A DNA stretch of 62,981 nt, counting the filler. It is 4 parts of 4 records of this genome, joined end to end, with 100 filler letters (N's around TTAATTAATTAA, not from the genome) between each part and the next. Parts side by side here need not be neighbours in the genome. Positions count along the whole stretch, not along the records: positions 1 to 28,076 come from SRR22947727_783; 3 more parts are not named here. One strand, given 5' to 3'. The position numbers were made by a program, and so were the translations under genes. Shown in pieces: positions 1 to 9,705 of the stretch. The first letter of the stretch is position 1. Each line of letters starts with the position of its first letter. Below the pieces are notes generated by a model that did not search any database, was not told the origin of the DNA, and saw only the letters and a list, made by a program, of their open reading frames with translations.

Positions 1-278
1 GCATAAAAATAATTTTTTCGATCAAAAACTGAATAATTATTTATTTTTGCATTTAACCCTATTCCAGTTTTTATCGCTTGATCTATACAATATTTATTAA
101 TAACAGGTAGCATACCTGGCATAGCTGCATCTACTAAAGAAACTTGGCTGTTAGGTTTAGAGCCAAAAACTGTAGAGGAACTGCTAAATAATTTTGAATT
201 TGATTTTACTTGAGCGTGAATCTCAAGGCCAATAACTGTTTCCCAGTCATGATTTTTTCCCTTAATTAAATTACTCAT
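1..278 (-). CDS. gatB: Asp-tRNA(Asn)/Glu-tRNA(Gln) amidotransferase subunit B (5' part; runs off window edge)
   Basis: Manual translation from ATG 278: [24 protein letters not shown]...[15 protein letters not shown] (GLEIHAQ and PGxLP motifs); follows gatA. Confidence 0.95.
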   Translation of the reverse strand, partial: MSNLIKGKNHDWETVIGLEIHAQVKSNSKLFSSSSTVFGSKPNSQVSLVDAAMPGMLPVINKYCIDQAIKTGIGLNAKINNYSVFDRKNYFY

Positions 279-1695
279 AATCTTTCTCTAATGCAAAAGC
301 TGCATTAAAAATTTCTTGCTCGTTATAATGTTTAGATAAAAGCTGAATTCCTAGAGGTAAACCATTTTTATCATTACCGTATGGAATTGAAATTCCAGGT
401 ATACCTGCAAGAGAAGCTGGTACTGTAAAAACATCATTTAAATACATTTTGATAGGATCATCCTGTTTCTCATTCAAAGGAAATGCAGCACTTGGAGCAG
501 TTGGAGTTAATATAAAATCACAATCTGAAAATACTTCAATAAAATCATTTGCTATTAACTTTCTTACTTTTTGCGCTTTTAAATAATAAGCATCATAATA
601 GCCTGCTGATAAAACATATGTTCCAATCAATATCCTTCTCTTTACTTCTTTTCCAAACCCCTCACTTCTAGTTAACTCATACATATCATCTAAGCTTTTT
701 GGATCTTTTGCTCTGTAACCATACTTAACACCGTCGTATCGGGCTAAGTTTGATGATGCTTCAGCTGGCGCAATTATATAGTAAGTAGGTAAAGCATATT
801 TAGTATGAGGTAATGATATTTGCTTTATTTTAGCACCTTTTTTTTCTAGAGATTTAATTGCATCATTCCAAACCTCATTAATTTCATCAGAAATGCCATC
901 AACTGTGTACTCTTTAGGTATTCCAACAACTTTTCCTTCCATATTAGAATCTAGATTTTTTGAAAAAGCTGGTATTGTCACATCAGAGCTTGTGCTATCT
1001 CTTTGATCATATCCTGCTATTTCTTCTAATAATATTGAGGCATCAGTTACATTTTTTGAAAAAACACCTGCTTGATCAAGACTGGATGCAAAGGCTGCAA
1101 TACCCCACCTAGAACATAAACCATATGTTGGTTTAATTCCTACAACTCCACAAAAACTTGCCGGTTGTCTTATTGACCCGCCTGTATCTGTTCCAGTAGC
1201 TCCTAAACATAAATCTGCAGCTACTGCAGCAGCTGATCCGCCTGATGAACCTCCTGGTGCCAATGGATTATTATCTTTTGATAGAGGGTTGATAGTATCT
1301 CCAAAATAACTTGTGTTAGTAGCGGATCCCATTGCAAATTCATCTAAATTTGTTTTACCAACAAAGATTGATCCTTGATTAAGTAGTTTTTGAGTAACAA
1401 AAGATTCATAAGTAGGTTTGAAATTTTCTAATATTTTTGATGCCGCTGTAGTAGGCATATTTTTTGTACAAAAAAGATCTTTAACAGCAATTGGAATACC
1501 TTTTAATATTTTATCATTGGATAAATTATCTATTTCTTTCACTTGATCATAAATTTTATCTTCATTAAAATAAATAAAAATATTTAAATCTTTTTTTTCA
1601 TTTATTTTTTTTATGTAGGTTTCAGCAATTTCTTTAATTGATATTTTGTTTTCATCTAATAAAGATTTTAATTGAGAGATTGATTTAAATTCCAC
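271..1695 (-). CDS. gatA: Glu-tRNA(Gln) amidotransferase subunit A
   Basis: Amidase signature [11 protein letters not shown]...[12 protein letters not shown]; between gatC and gatB. Confidence 0.97.
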   Translation of the reverse strand: MEFKSISQLKSLLDENKISIKEIAETYIKKINEKKDLNIFIYFNEDKIYDQVKEIDNLSNDKILKGIPIAVKDLFCTKNMPTTAASKILENFKPTYESFVTQKLLNQGSIFVGKTNLDEFAMGSATNTSYFGDTINPLSKDNNPLAPGGSSGGSAAAVAADLCLGATGTDTGGSIRQPASFCGVVGIKPTYGLCSRWGIAAFASSLDQAGVFSKNVTDASILLEEIAGYDQRDSTSSDVTIPAFSKNLDSNMEGKVVGIPKEYTVDGISDEINEVWNDAIKSLEKKGAKIKQISLPHTKYALPTYYIIAPAEASSNLARYDGVKYGYRAKDPKSLDDMYELTRSEGFGKEVKRRILIGTYVLSAGYYDAYYLKAQKVRKLIANDFIEVFSDCDFILTPTAPSAAFPLNEKQDDPIKMYLNDVFTVPASLAGIPGISIPYGNDKNGLPLGIQLLSKHYNEQEIFNAAFALEKDYE

Positions 1696-1982
1696 TATTC
1701 TACTACCTTTGGTACAGCAAAATATCCTTCTAGTTTATCAGGGCTGTTTTGTAAAATTTCATCACTAGAATTAATATCTTTTGACTCATCATTTCTTTGG
1801 GGAAGAGTTGACGATGAGATATTCGCTAGTGGCTCAATTGAGTCTGTATTAACCTCGTTGAGTTGCTCCACCCAATCTAAAATTGAGTTCATATCTTTAA
1901 GCAAATCTTTAGCCTCATCATCAGATAGTTTAATTCTGGCAAGTTTTGCAATTTTATTTATTGTATTTGTGTCTAACTTCAA
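1695..1982 (-). CDS. gatC: Amidotransferase subunit C
   Basis: 95 aa, IAKLARI N-terminus, [10 protein letters not shown]-terminus; TTG start; upstream of gatA. Confidence 0.93.
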   Translation of the reverse strand: MKLDTNTINKIAKLARIKLSDDEAKDLLKDMNSILDWVEQLNEVNTDSIEPLANISSSTLPQRNDESKDINSSDEILQNSPDKLEGYFAVPKVVE

Positions 1983-1987
1983 TTTAT

Positions 1988-2461
1988 ATGTCTCCAGTGA
2001 TTGAAAAAACTAATAATTTAATTGAGCGACTTCTTACATCACAAATTCTTGTAGGTCTAGATATAGGTTACAAAACAATTGGAATAGCCGTATCAGACAG
2101 ATCATTTACAATAGCCACACCATTCAATACAGTTTCCAGAAAAGGAACTAAAAAAGATTTACCAAAAATCAAGGAATTTTTAAATGAATATAAAATTGGA
2201 GGATTTATTCTTGGACTCCCCCTAAGTTTAGATGGTAATGAAAATGAGCAAACAAATAAGATAAGAAAATTTAGTAATGAATTACAATCATTTTTTTCAA
2301 TACCAATTGAATTTTGGGATGAAAGATATTCATCCGATATTATATTTAAGGAATTAAGAAAATCTGATTTTAGCTCTACAAAAATTAAAAAAAAATTAGA
2401 TCAACAATCAGCAGCTTATATTTTGCAAGGATATTTAGATAAGTATAGAAATACTCTATAA
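1988..2461 (+). CDS. ruvX: Holliday junction resolvase-like / pre-16S rRNA nuclease RuvX (YqgF)
   Basis: GLDIGYKTIGIAVSD, GLPLSLDG, WDERYSS, DQQSAAYILQ motifs; start moved to ATG 1988 to avoid overlap with gatC. Confidence 0.9.
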   Translation: MSPVIEKTNNLIERLLTSQILVGLDIGYKTIGIAVSDRSFTIATPFNTVSRKGTKKDLPKIKEFLNEYKIGGFILGLPLSLDGNENEQTNKIRKFSNELQSFFSIPIEFWDERYSSDIIFKELRKSDFSSTKIKKKLDQQSAAYILQGYLDKYRNTL

Positions 2462-2466
2462 ATTAG

Positions 2467-2496
2467 TTTACACATATTTACACAATTTTAACACAT
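2467..2496 (+). repeat. Three 10-bp-period direct repeats (TTTACACATA TTTACACAAT TTTAACACAT) abutting the pyrB ATG
   Basis: Read directly from the sequence; they fill almost the whole ruvX-pyrB spacer. Confidence 0.7.
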
Positions 2497-3639
2497 ATGA
2501 AATCAATATATCTAGAATCAGGCCATATTAAATTATACAAAAGAGAAAACTCTCAATATTGGCAAATGAAATTAAAATTACCAAAACAGAAAGCCATTCG
2601 TTCATCAACAGGTTCAAAAATATTAAATGAAGCAAAAAAAATAGCCTCAAAAAACTATTTATCATTTGGAATTAGTAACAAAATTAAAAAAACATCAAAA
2701 AATATATATAAAAAGATTCATCTAGTTGAAACTGCTGATTTAAATAAGAAGGAAATAGAATTCATTTTATTTGAAGCAAAAAAATTTATTAATTTTAATA
2801 AAAAAAGAGTAAAAAAAAGTAACCTACTAGAAGGAAGAATGATATTTAATTTATTTTTTGAAGACTCAACAAGAACACGTACAAGTTTTGAAGTAGCGGC
2901 TAAAAGATTAGGTGCGGATCTGATTAATGTTGCCGTAAAAGATAGCTCTATAAATAAAGGTGAAACACTCTTAGATACTATGACAACTATTAATTCAATG
3001 AATCCAGACGTTTTAATAGTAAGGCATCCAGAAGAAGGTATTAGTAAAAGGATTTCAAATAATGTAGATGCTTGCGTTATAAATGCAGGTGACGGAAGTC
3101 ATGAGCACCCTACTCAAGCCCTTTTAGATGCTCTAACTATAAAGAATAGATTTAATAATTTTTCAAAATTACAAATAGCTATTTGTGGTGATATTCTTCA
3201 TAGTCGAGTTGCAAGATCTAATATAATTATCTTATCTAAGCTAGGCGCTAAAGTAAATGTTATTGGCCCCAAACAATGGTTGCCAAAAAATATCAACAAA
3301 CTTCCTGTAGAAGTTCATACAGATATGAAAAAAGGTCTTAAAAATTGTGATATTGTAATGATGCTAAGAATTCAAAAAGAGAGAATTGTTGGAAAAATTA
3401 TGCCAAATCAAAAAACTTATTTTACTAAATATGGATTAGATTACAATAAACTTAAATATGCAAAAAAAAATGCTTTTGTGATGCATCCTGGCCCAATGAA
3501 CAGAGGGGTTGAAATAGACTCTAAATTAGCAGATGATATTACAAGAAGCTTGATTCAAGAACAAGTTGCAATGGGTGTTGCAATACGTATGGCTTGTTTA
3601 GATATACTAATTAAAAACAGAGATAATGTCCTTAGTTAA
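2497..3639 (+). CDS. pyrB: Aspartate carbamoyltransferase catalytic subunit with ~70-aa N-terminal extension resembling an integrase arm-type DNA-binding domain
   Basis: FFEDSTRTRTSFE, KGETLLDT, HEHPTQALLD, HSRVARSN, HPGPMNRGVEI motifs; ATCase core starts near HLVETADL (~aa 75). Confidence 0.95.
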   Translation: MKSIYLESGHIKLYKRENSQYWQMKLKLPKQKAIRSSTGSKILNEAKKIASKNYLSFGISNKIKKTSKNIYKKIHLVETADLNKKEIEFILFEAKKFINFNKKRVKKSNLLEGRMIFNLFFEDSTRTRTSFEVAAKRLGADLINVAVKDSSINKGETLLDTMTTINSMNPDVLIVRHPEEGISKRISNNVDACVINAGDGSHEHPTQALLDALTIKNRFNNFSKLQIAICGDILHSRVARSNIIILSKLGAKVNVIGPKQWLPKNINKLPVEVHTDMKKGLKNCDIVMMLRIQKERIVGKIMPNQKTYFTKYGLDYNKLKYAKKNAFVMHPGPMNRGVEIDSKLADDITRSLIQEQVAMGVAIRMACLDILIKNRDNVLS

Positions 3640-4228
3640 TAATTTTTTATTTATAACTATGTTCTATCTTATTGGGTCAATCCCTTTTGCATTAATACTT
3701 ACAAAGTTATTAGGGCATGGAGATATTAGAGATATTGGCTCAGGTAATGTGGGGGCAACAAACGTTCTTCGTACTGGAAATAAGCATTTGGCATTTGCAG
3801 TACTATGTTTGGATATTGCTAAAGGAATTCTACCTTTCCTTATATTAAAATTTTTTTATGATACTAATACTTTGCATTCAATATTTCTATGTCACTTTGC
3901 AATACTTGGTCATATTTTTCCTATTTGGTTAAAATTTAAAGGTGGCAAAGGTGTAGCTACGTATATTGGTTTCTTAATTGGTTTAAATTTCCTTATTGGA
4001 CTGTTTTTTTTATTAACTTGGATTATTGTTGCTTGGATTTCTAGATACTCATCGTTAAGCTCATTTGTAGCATCTTTAGTGGCTCCACTCTATTTTTTTT
4101 TCGTAAATCCGAATAATTTTGTTGGTATTTTTTTACTGTATTTATTTTTTATAATATCACTAAAACACCATGAAAATATAAAAAGATTAATAAATGGTTC
4201 AGAAAATAAAATAAAATTATCTAAGTAG
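3626..4228 (+). CDS. plsY: Glycerol-3-phosphate acyltransferase PlsY
   Basis: GSIPF, GSGNVGATNVLR, GHIFP, GGKGVAT, HHENIKRL motifs. Confidence 0.95.
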   Translation: MSLVNNFLFITMFYLIGSIPFALILTKLLGHGDIRDIGSGNVGATNVLRTGNKHLAFAVLCLDIAKGILPFLILKFFYDTNTLHSIFLCHFAILGHIFPIWLKFKGGKGVATYIGFLIGLNFLIGLFFLLTWIIVAWISRYSSLSSFVASLVAPLYFFFVNPNNFVGIFLLYLFFIISLKHHENIKRLINGSENKIKLSK

Positions 4229-4294
4229 TATTCTATATTTTTTAAAAAATTCTTGACGAAGCAAGTTTAAACTGAAATTTGGACTAAAATTTAT

Positions 4295-6808
4295 ATGAAT
4301 GTATTAATTGTTGAATCTCCTTCCAAAGCAAAATCTATAAATAAATATTTAGGTTCTGGCTTTAAAGTTCTTGCAAGCGTAGGTCATGTCCGCGATCTAT
4401 CTGCTAGAAATGACGCCATAGACACCGAAAATGATTTTCAAATGCAATGGGAAACAAGTGATAGAGGGAAAAAAGTTATTAAAGAAATAACTGATGCTGC
4501 TAAAAAATCTGAAAATCTATATCTAGCCACTGATCCTGATCGTGAAGGAGAAGCGATAGCTTGGCATGTTGAAAAGCTTTTAAGAGATAATGCCTCTCTA
4601 TCAAAATTAAATATTCATCGAGTCACTTTTAACGAAATTACTAAAAATGCAGTTTTAGAAAGTTTGAAAGAGCCACGCCAAATAGATGAAAATTTAGTGA
4701 ATGCTTATTTAGCTAGACGTGCATTAGATTTTTTAGTTGGCTTTACCCTTTCTCCTGTGCTTTGGCGAAAACTCCCTGGGTCAAAATCTGCTGGTAGAGT
4801 TCAATCTGTCGCTTTAAGAATTATAAGTGAAAGAGAGTTAGAAATAGAAAAGTTTAATCCTCAAGAATATTGGTCTATTCAAGGACATTTTTTAAATAAA
4901 GATGATAAAGATATTAACGCACGTTTAACATTATTTGATGGAAATAAAATTGATAAGCTAGATATTAAAGATGAAAAACAAGCTAGTGAAATTTATGATA
5001 CAATTAAAAAATCAAATTTTAATGTTGGAAATATTACAAAAAAAGAAGCAAAAAGAAATCCTTATCCTGCTTTTACAACTTCTACCATGCAAATTGAGTC
5101 AAGTCGCAAATTAGGTTTAAGTGCTAGTCAAACCATGCGTACAGCACAAAAGCTATATGAAGGCACAGAAATTGATGGAGAGACAACAGGATTAATTACT
5201 TACATGAGAACTGACAGTGTGGTTATGTCAAATGAAGCTATTAATCAGGTTAGAAACTTTGTTGGTGAGAATTATGGAAACGAATATCTCCCTGACGCAC
5301 CAAGAGAATATAAGTCTAAAGCAAAAAATGCACAGGAAGCTCATGAATGCATACGTCCAACAAATGTTAATTTAACTCCAAAAAATATTAAGCAATATAT
5401 TACTGGTGAAGAATATAAGTTATATGAAATTATTTGGCAGAGAGCAGTTTCTTCACAAATGGCTAGTGCCATTCTTGATCAAGTAGCAATAGACATCACA
5501 AGTGAAGATAAACAGGTAAGTTTGCGTGCTAATGGTTCAACTATTAAATTTCCTGGGATGTATAAAGTTTATCAAGAAGCAAAAGATGATGATAAAGATG
5601 AAGAAAAAGAAACTATCCTTCCAATAATGAATGAGGGAGACAAATTAAATCTTAAAGAGGTAATTAAAAATCAACATTTTACCATGCCACCTCCTCGTTA
5701 TACGGAAGCTAGTTTAGTCAAAAAATTAGAGGAACTAGGTATTGGTAGGCCTTCCACTTACGCATCAATAATAAAAGTTTTGCAAGATAGAGATTATGTT
5801 ATTTTGGATAAAAAACGTTTTAACCCTCATGATAGAGGTCGTATTGTTTCTATTTTTCTTGAAAAATATTTTAACCAATATGTAGAGTATGACTTTACGG
5901 CAGATTTAGAAAATCAATTAGATGAAATATCTGATGGTAAATTAGATTGGAAAGAGGTTTTAAGAAATTTTTGGGAAACTTTTAAACAACTATGCGATGA
6001 TACAATAGGTAAATCTAATAGAGAAGTAATTGATGTACTTGATGATGCCTTAGGTGCTCATTTCTTCCCTCCAGAGGGAAAAGATGAAAGTAGAAAATGT
6101 CCAACCTGTGAAAATGGAAGGTTAGGAATTAAAGTTGGAAAATTTGGTGGGTTTATCGGTTGCTCTAATTATCCTGATTGCAAATACACTGTTCAGTTCA
6201 ATCAGTTAAATGACAAAGACGGTAAATCATTAAGTGGACCAAAAGAAATTGGTATTTATCCAGAAACAAATGAAATGATTACGCTTAGAAAAGGACCATA
6301 TGGATTTTATATGCAAGTTGGTGAAGGAACGCCTGAAAAAAAACCAAAAAGAGTATCAATTCCTAAAAATTTTGAACCTGATGAGATAGGCTTGAATACA
6401 GCCATACAATTATTAGGATTGCCAAGGAAGCTTGGCTTTAATCCTGAAAATAATAAAACTGTTAGTGCTGGAATTGGGATGTACGGTCCATACATTCTGC
6501 ATGATAAAAAATATAAAGCTCTGGAAAAAACTGATAATATTCTTGATATAGAATTAGAAAGAGCTCTTGAATTAATTGCAAAACCTACTCAAAGAGGTAA
6601 TGCAACATTAAAAAGCTTTGGCGAACACCCAACAGATAAAAAAAATATAACTGCCCATGATGGTAAGTATGGACCTTATGTAAAATGTGGAAAAATTAAT
6701 GCTTCTCTTCTGGGTGATCAAACAATTGATAGCTTATCATTAGAAGATGCAGTCAAATTAATTGATGATAGGAAGCAAAAAATAGGTTTAAAAAAAAAGA
6801 AAAAATAG
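4295..6808 (+). CDS. topA: DNA topoisomerase I
   Basis: IVESPSKAK, ATDPDREGEAIAWH, SAGRVQS, ITYMRTD, Zn ribbon, C-terminal GxYGPY repeats. Confidence 0.97.
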   Translation: MNVLIVESPSKAKSINKYLGSGFKVLASVGHVRDLSARNDAIDTENDFQMQWETSDRGKKVIKEITDAAKKSENLYLATDPDREGEAIAWHVEKLLRDNASLSKLNIHRVTFNEITKNAVLESLKEPRQIDENLVNAYLARRALDFLVGFTLSPVLWRKLPGSKSAGRVQSVALRIISERELEIEKFNPQEYWSIQGHFLNKDDKDINARLTLFDGNKIDKLDIKDEKQASEIYDTIKKSNFNVGNITKKEAKRNPYPAFTTSTMQIESSRKLGLSASQTMRTAQKLYEGTEIDGETTGLITYMRTDSVVMSNEAINQVRNFVGENYGNEYLPDAPREYKSKAKNAQEAHECIRPTNVNLTPKNIKQYITGEEYKLYEIIWQRAVSSQMASAILDQVAIDITSEDKQVSLRANGSTIKFPGMYKVYQEAKDDDKDEEKETILPIMNEGDKLNLKEVIKNQHFTMPPPRYTEASLVKKLEELGIGRPSTYASIIKVLQDRDYVILDKKRFNPHDRGRIVSIFLEKYFNQYVEYDFTADLENQLDEISDGKLDWKEVLRNFWETFKQLCDDTIGKSNREVIDVLDDALGAHFFPPEGKDESRKCPTCENGRLGIKVGKFGGFIGCSNYPDCKYTVQFNQLNDKDGKSLSGPKEIGIYPETNEMITLRKGPYGFYMQVGEGTPEKKPKRVSIPKNFEPDEIGLNTAIQLLGLPRKLGFNPENNKTVSAGIGMYGPYILHDKKYKALEKTDNILDIELERALELIAKPTQRGNATLKSFGEHPTDKKNITAHDGKYGPYVKCGKINASLLGDQTIDSLSLEDAVKLIDDRKQKIGLKKKKK

Positions 6809-6849
6809 AATCAATTTGATTTAAGCTAAAATATTCTTAAATATATATC

Positions 6850-8172
6850 ATGGCTAAATATATATCTCTTAATGACGTTAAAAAATTCAAAAATAAATTT
6901 CTTAAAAATAATAAAAATACTGCATCGAGAAATGCATTAATAAAAAATGACTTAAATACTGTCGCCCTTAATTGGGAAAATTTTAGTCAAATTAATCATC
7001 ATTTTTCACATTTAATTGAGAAAGAGCTACCAGCTACCAATCAAATGGCATCTGGAAGATGTTGGGGTTTTGCAGGATTAAATTTAATGCGTCTCGAAGT
7101 TGTCAAACAGCTAGACTTAACAAATTTTGAATTTTCTCAAAACTATTTTATGTTTTGGGATAAGTTAGAAAAAGCAAATTATTTTCTAGAAAATATTATC
7201 AACACAAGAGATGAAGATTATGACAGTAGATTGATTATGCATCTTGTCAAAGCGCCAGTGCAAGATGGTGGTCAGTGGGATATGTTTGTAAATCTTATAG
7301 AAAAATACGGCGCTGTTCCAAAAGATGTCATGCCAGAGACAAATCATAGCAGTAAATCAATGGCAATGAATTATATACTTACTCATAAGCTAAGAGAGTT
7401 TGCATCTATTCTGAGAAAAAAACCTGCAAAACAATCGGCAACGTTAAAAAAAGACATGATGGAAACTATTTATAATATATTAGCTATGTTTCTTGGACAG
7501 CCTCCGGAAGTAGTTAACTGGTCTACAAGAGATAAAGATAATAAATACATATCAATTTCAGATATGACACCTAAAGATTTTTATAAAAAATATGCAGATA
7601 TCAACATCAAAAATAAAGTTTGCCTAATTCATGCGCCAATGAGTAATAAAGAATTTAACACAACTTATACTGTTGAATATTTAGGTAATGTTGTTGAGGG
7701 ACAAGATATAAGATATCTTAATGTAGAGATAGCTGAACTAAAAAAATCAGCTATGCAATCAATTAAAAATAATGAAGCTGTTTGGTTTGGATGTGATGTT
7801 GGTAAGAGGTTTAGTAGAGATATGGGTGTTCTTGATATGGGTATCTTTGATTACGAAAATGTTTTTCAAACTTCTTTTAAAATGAATAAACAAACCAGAC
7901 TAGAATATGGAGATAGTGAAATGACACATGCCATGTTGTTAACAGGAGTAGATGTTAAAAACAGAAAATTAGCTAAATGGAAAATTGAAAACAGTTGGGG
8001 CACTAAAAGTGGCAACAAGGGGTATATGATGATGACTGATGAGTGGTTTGACGAATATACCTATGAAGTTGTTGTAGATAAAAAATACTTAAGCAAAAAG
8101 TTACTAAAATATCTCGATACAGATCCTATAACTCTTGCTCCATGGGATCCCATGGGAGCTTTAGCACAATAA
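6850..8172 (+). CDS. pepC: Cysteine aminopeptidase C / bleomycin hydrolase (peptidase C1B)
   Basis: NQMASGRCWGFAGLN (Cys), MTHAMLLTGVD (His), WKIENSWG (Asn), C-terminal PWDPMGALA. Confidence 0.92.
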   Translation: MAKYISLNDVKKFKNKFLKNNKNTASRNALIKNDLNTVALNWENFSQINHHFSHLIEKELPATNQMASGRCWGFAGLNLMRLEVVKQLDLTNFEFSQNYFMFWDKLEKANYFLENIINTRDEDYDSRLIMHLVKAPVQDGGQWDMFVNLIEKYGAVPKDVMPETNHSSKSMAMNYILTHKLREFASILRKKPAKQSATLKKDMMETIYNILAMFLGQPPEVVNWSTRDKDNKYISISDMTPKDFYKKYADINIKNKVCLIHAPMSNKEFNTTYTVEYLGNVVEGQDIRYLNVEIAELKKSAMQSIKNNEAVWFGCDVGKRFSRDMGVLDMGIFDYENVFQTSFKMNKQTRLEYGDSEMTHAMLLTGVDVKNRKLAKWKIENSWGTKSGNKGYMMMTDEWFDEYTYEVVVDKKYLSKKLLKYLDTDPITLAPWDPMGALAQ

Positions 8173-8174
8173 TT

Positions 8175-8402
8175 TTGAATAAAGAAAACGCCAGTAAAAT
8201 TTGGAGATTAATTCAACAAACTGGTGATGAATTGTTAGGAAAACTTCCTAACCACCCTAATCATCCAAAGGGTCGTAATCCTTATGCTCACGTTACTCTT
8301 GAGGTAAAAAATCATTTTCAAATGACATACAAAGATATTCCTGATGAAAAATTTGATGGAGTTGTTAATTATCTAGAATTTTTGAAACAAAATCCTAGTT
8401 AA
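8175..8402 (+). CDS. Small hypothetical protein, C-terminus reminiscent of ORF6C-type domain
   Basis: TTG start just after pepC stop; HPNHPKGRNPYAHV...YKDIPDEKFDGVVNYL; fills gap before convergent msrB. Confidence 0.7.
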   Translation: MNKENASKIWRLIQQTGDELLGKLPNHPNHPKGRNPYAHVTLEVKNHFQMTYKDIPDEKFDGVVNYLEFLKQNPS

Positions 8403-8404
8403 AT

Positions 8405-8800
8405 TTATTTAAATTCTTGATATTGAATAGATAGAGAGTTAACGCAATAACGCTGCCCTGTTGGCTCTGGACCATCATCAAATACATGTCCTAAATGTGC
8501 ATCACAATTGGCACACATGATTTCAGTTCTAATCATCCCATGTGAAGTATCTTGTTCTGTTTTAATTGCATCATTTGAAATACCCTTAAAAAAACTAGGC
8601 CAACCACATCCTGACTCATATTTAGAAGTTCTCTCAAATAATTCAGCACCACAACATCTGCATTTGAACACACCATCCTTGGTAACATCAAAAGCTTTGC
8701 CAGAGAATGCAGGCTCAGTACCTTTTTGTCTGGTAACATAATATTCTTCTTCGGAGAGTATTTCCTTCCATTTTTCCTCAGATTTAATAATTTTTTTCAT
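8405..8800 (-). CDS. msrB: Peptide methionine-R-sulfoxide reductase
   Basis: GTEPAFSG, CxxC, GCGWPSF, HLGHVFDDGP, RYCVNS. Confidence 0.96.
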   Translation of the reverse strand: MKKIIKSEEKWKEILSEEEYYVTRQKGTEPAFSGKAFDVTKDGVFKCRCCGAELFERTSKYESGCGWPSFFKGISNDAIKTEQDTSHGMIRTEIMCANCDAHLGHVFDDGPEPTGQRYCVNSLSIQYQEFK

Positions 8801-9705
8801 ATTACTTTTCTATTAACATTAGATAGAACAATTCCCAAAATAATAAAGACTGCTCCAAGCAAATGAAAGAAAGAGAATATTTCACCTAAAAACAGAATTG
8901 CCCACATAGAACTAAAAACAGGTATCAGATGAAGGAACAGACTAGCTTTATTTGCTCCAATAATAGATACACCTTTATTCCAGGCAAAAAAAGAGGTGAT
9001 ACTTGCAAATATTGCCACGTAAGTAATCATTAATATTTCATTATAATCTTTTGGTAAAAACGAGTTATTTAAAGACTCAAAAAAATAGAATGGGAAAATA
9101 AAAATCAAACCAATAAATATCATTACTTCCAAAGTAGCAAGTTGAGACAAAGTACTATCAATTTTTTTTAATAGAACAGAATATAAACCCCATGAAAAAA
9201 CAGCAGCAAGCATCCACAAATCACCAATGGTAAAATCTAAATTAATTAAATTATTTAAATTAGCTTTGGAGATAATAAGAAGCGCTCCTATAATTGATAA
9301 TATTATACCAAAAAATTGCATAAAATATGTGTGAGTTTTAAAAATTAACCATGAAAAAAGTATTATCAATAGCGGTGTAATAGAAGCCATTATTGAAGAG
9401 TTAATAACCATTGATGTTTGTAGAGATAAATAGGTAAAGGAATTAAAAATTGTGACTCCTAGTATTGAAGTGATTATCAAATATGGAAGATTCTTTTTAT
9501 ATTTATTTAAATCTAATATTATTCTTTTATAAGTAAAAGGTAGTAATAAAAGAAAAGCTAATGACCATCTTAAAAAACTCAATTTAAAAGGAGTCAAATC
9601 ATAAAGAGAAGCAATCTTGCCAGTAAAAAAATTACCAGACCAAAACAAAGATGAAGAAATTAATAAAACAAAAGCAAATAAGATACTTTTATTATTTATC
9701 ATCAA
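8797..9705 (-). CDS. DMT/EamA family transporter
   Basis: ~10 hydrophobic segments, WSGNF, GDLWML, FLGE motifs. Confidence 0.88.
   Translation of the reverse strand: MMINNKSILFAFVLLISSSLFWSGNFFTGKIASLYDLTPFKLSFLRWSLAFLLLLPFTYKRIILDLNKYKKNLPYLIITSILGVTIFNSFTYLSLQTSMVINSSIMASITPLLIILFSWLIFKTHTYFMQFFGIILSIIGALLIISKANLNNLINLDFTIGDLWMLAAVFSWGLYSVLLKKIDSTLSQLATLEVMIFIGLIFIFPFYFFESLNNSFLPKDYNEILMITYVAIFASITSFFAWNKGVSIIGANKASLFLHLIPVFSSMWAILFLGEIFSFFHLLGAVFIILGIVLSNVNRKVI

Noticed and set aside
1946-1987. Longer ruvX start from the ORF track
   Set aside because: Overlaps gatC; ATG 1988 is more plausible
2462-2720. Intact prophage or integrative element at pyrB
   Set aside because: No integrase catalytic domain, tRNA target or phage genes; only the arm-like segment is present
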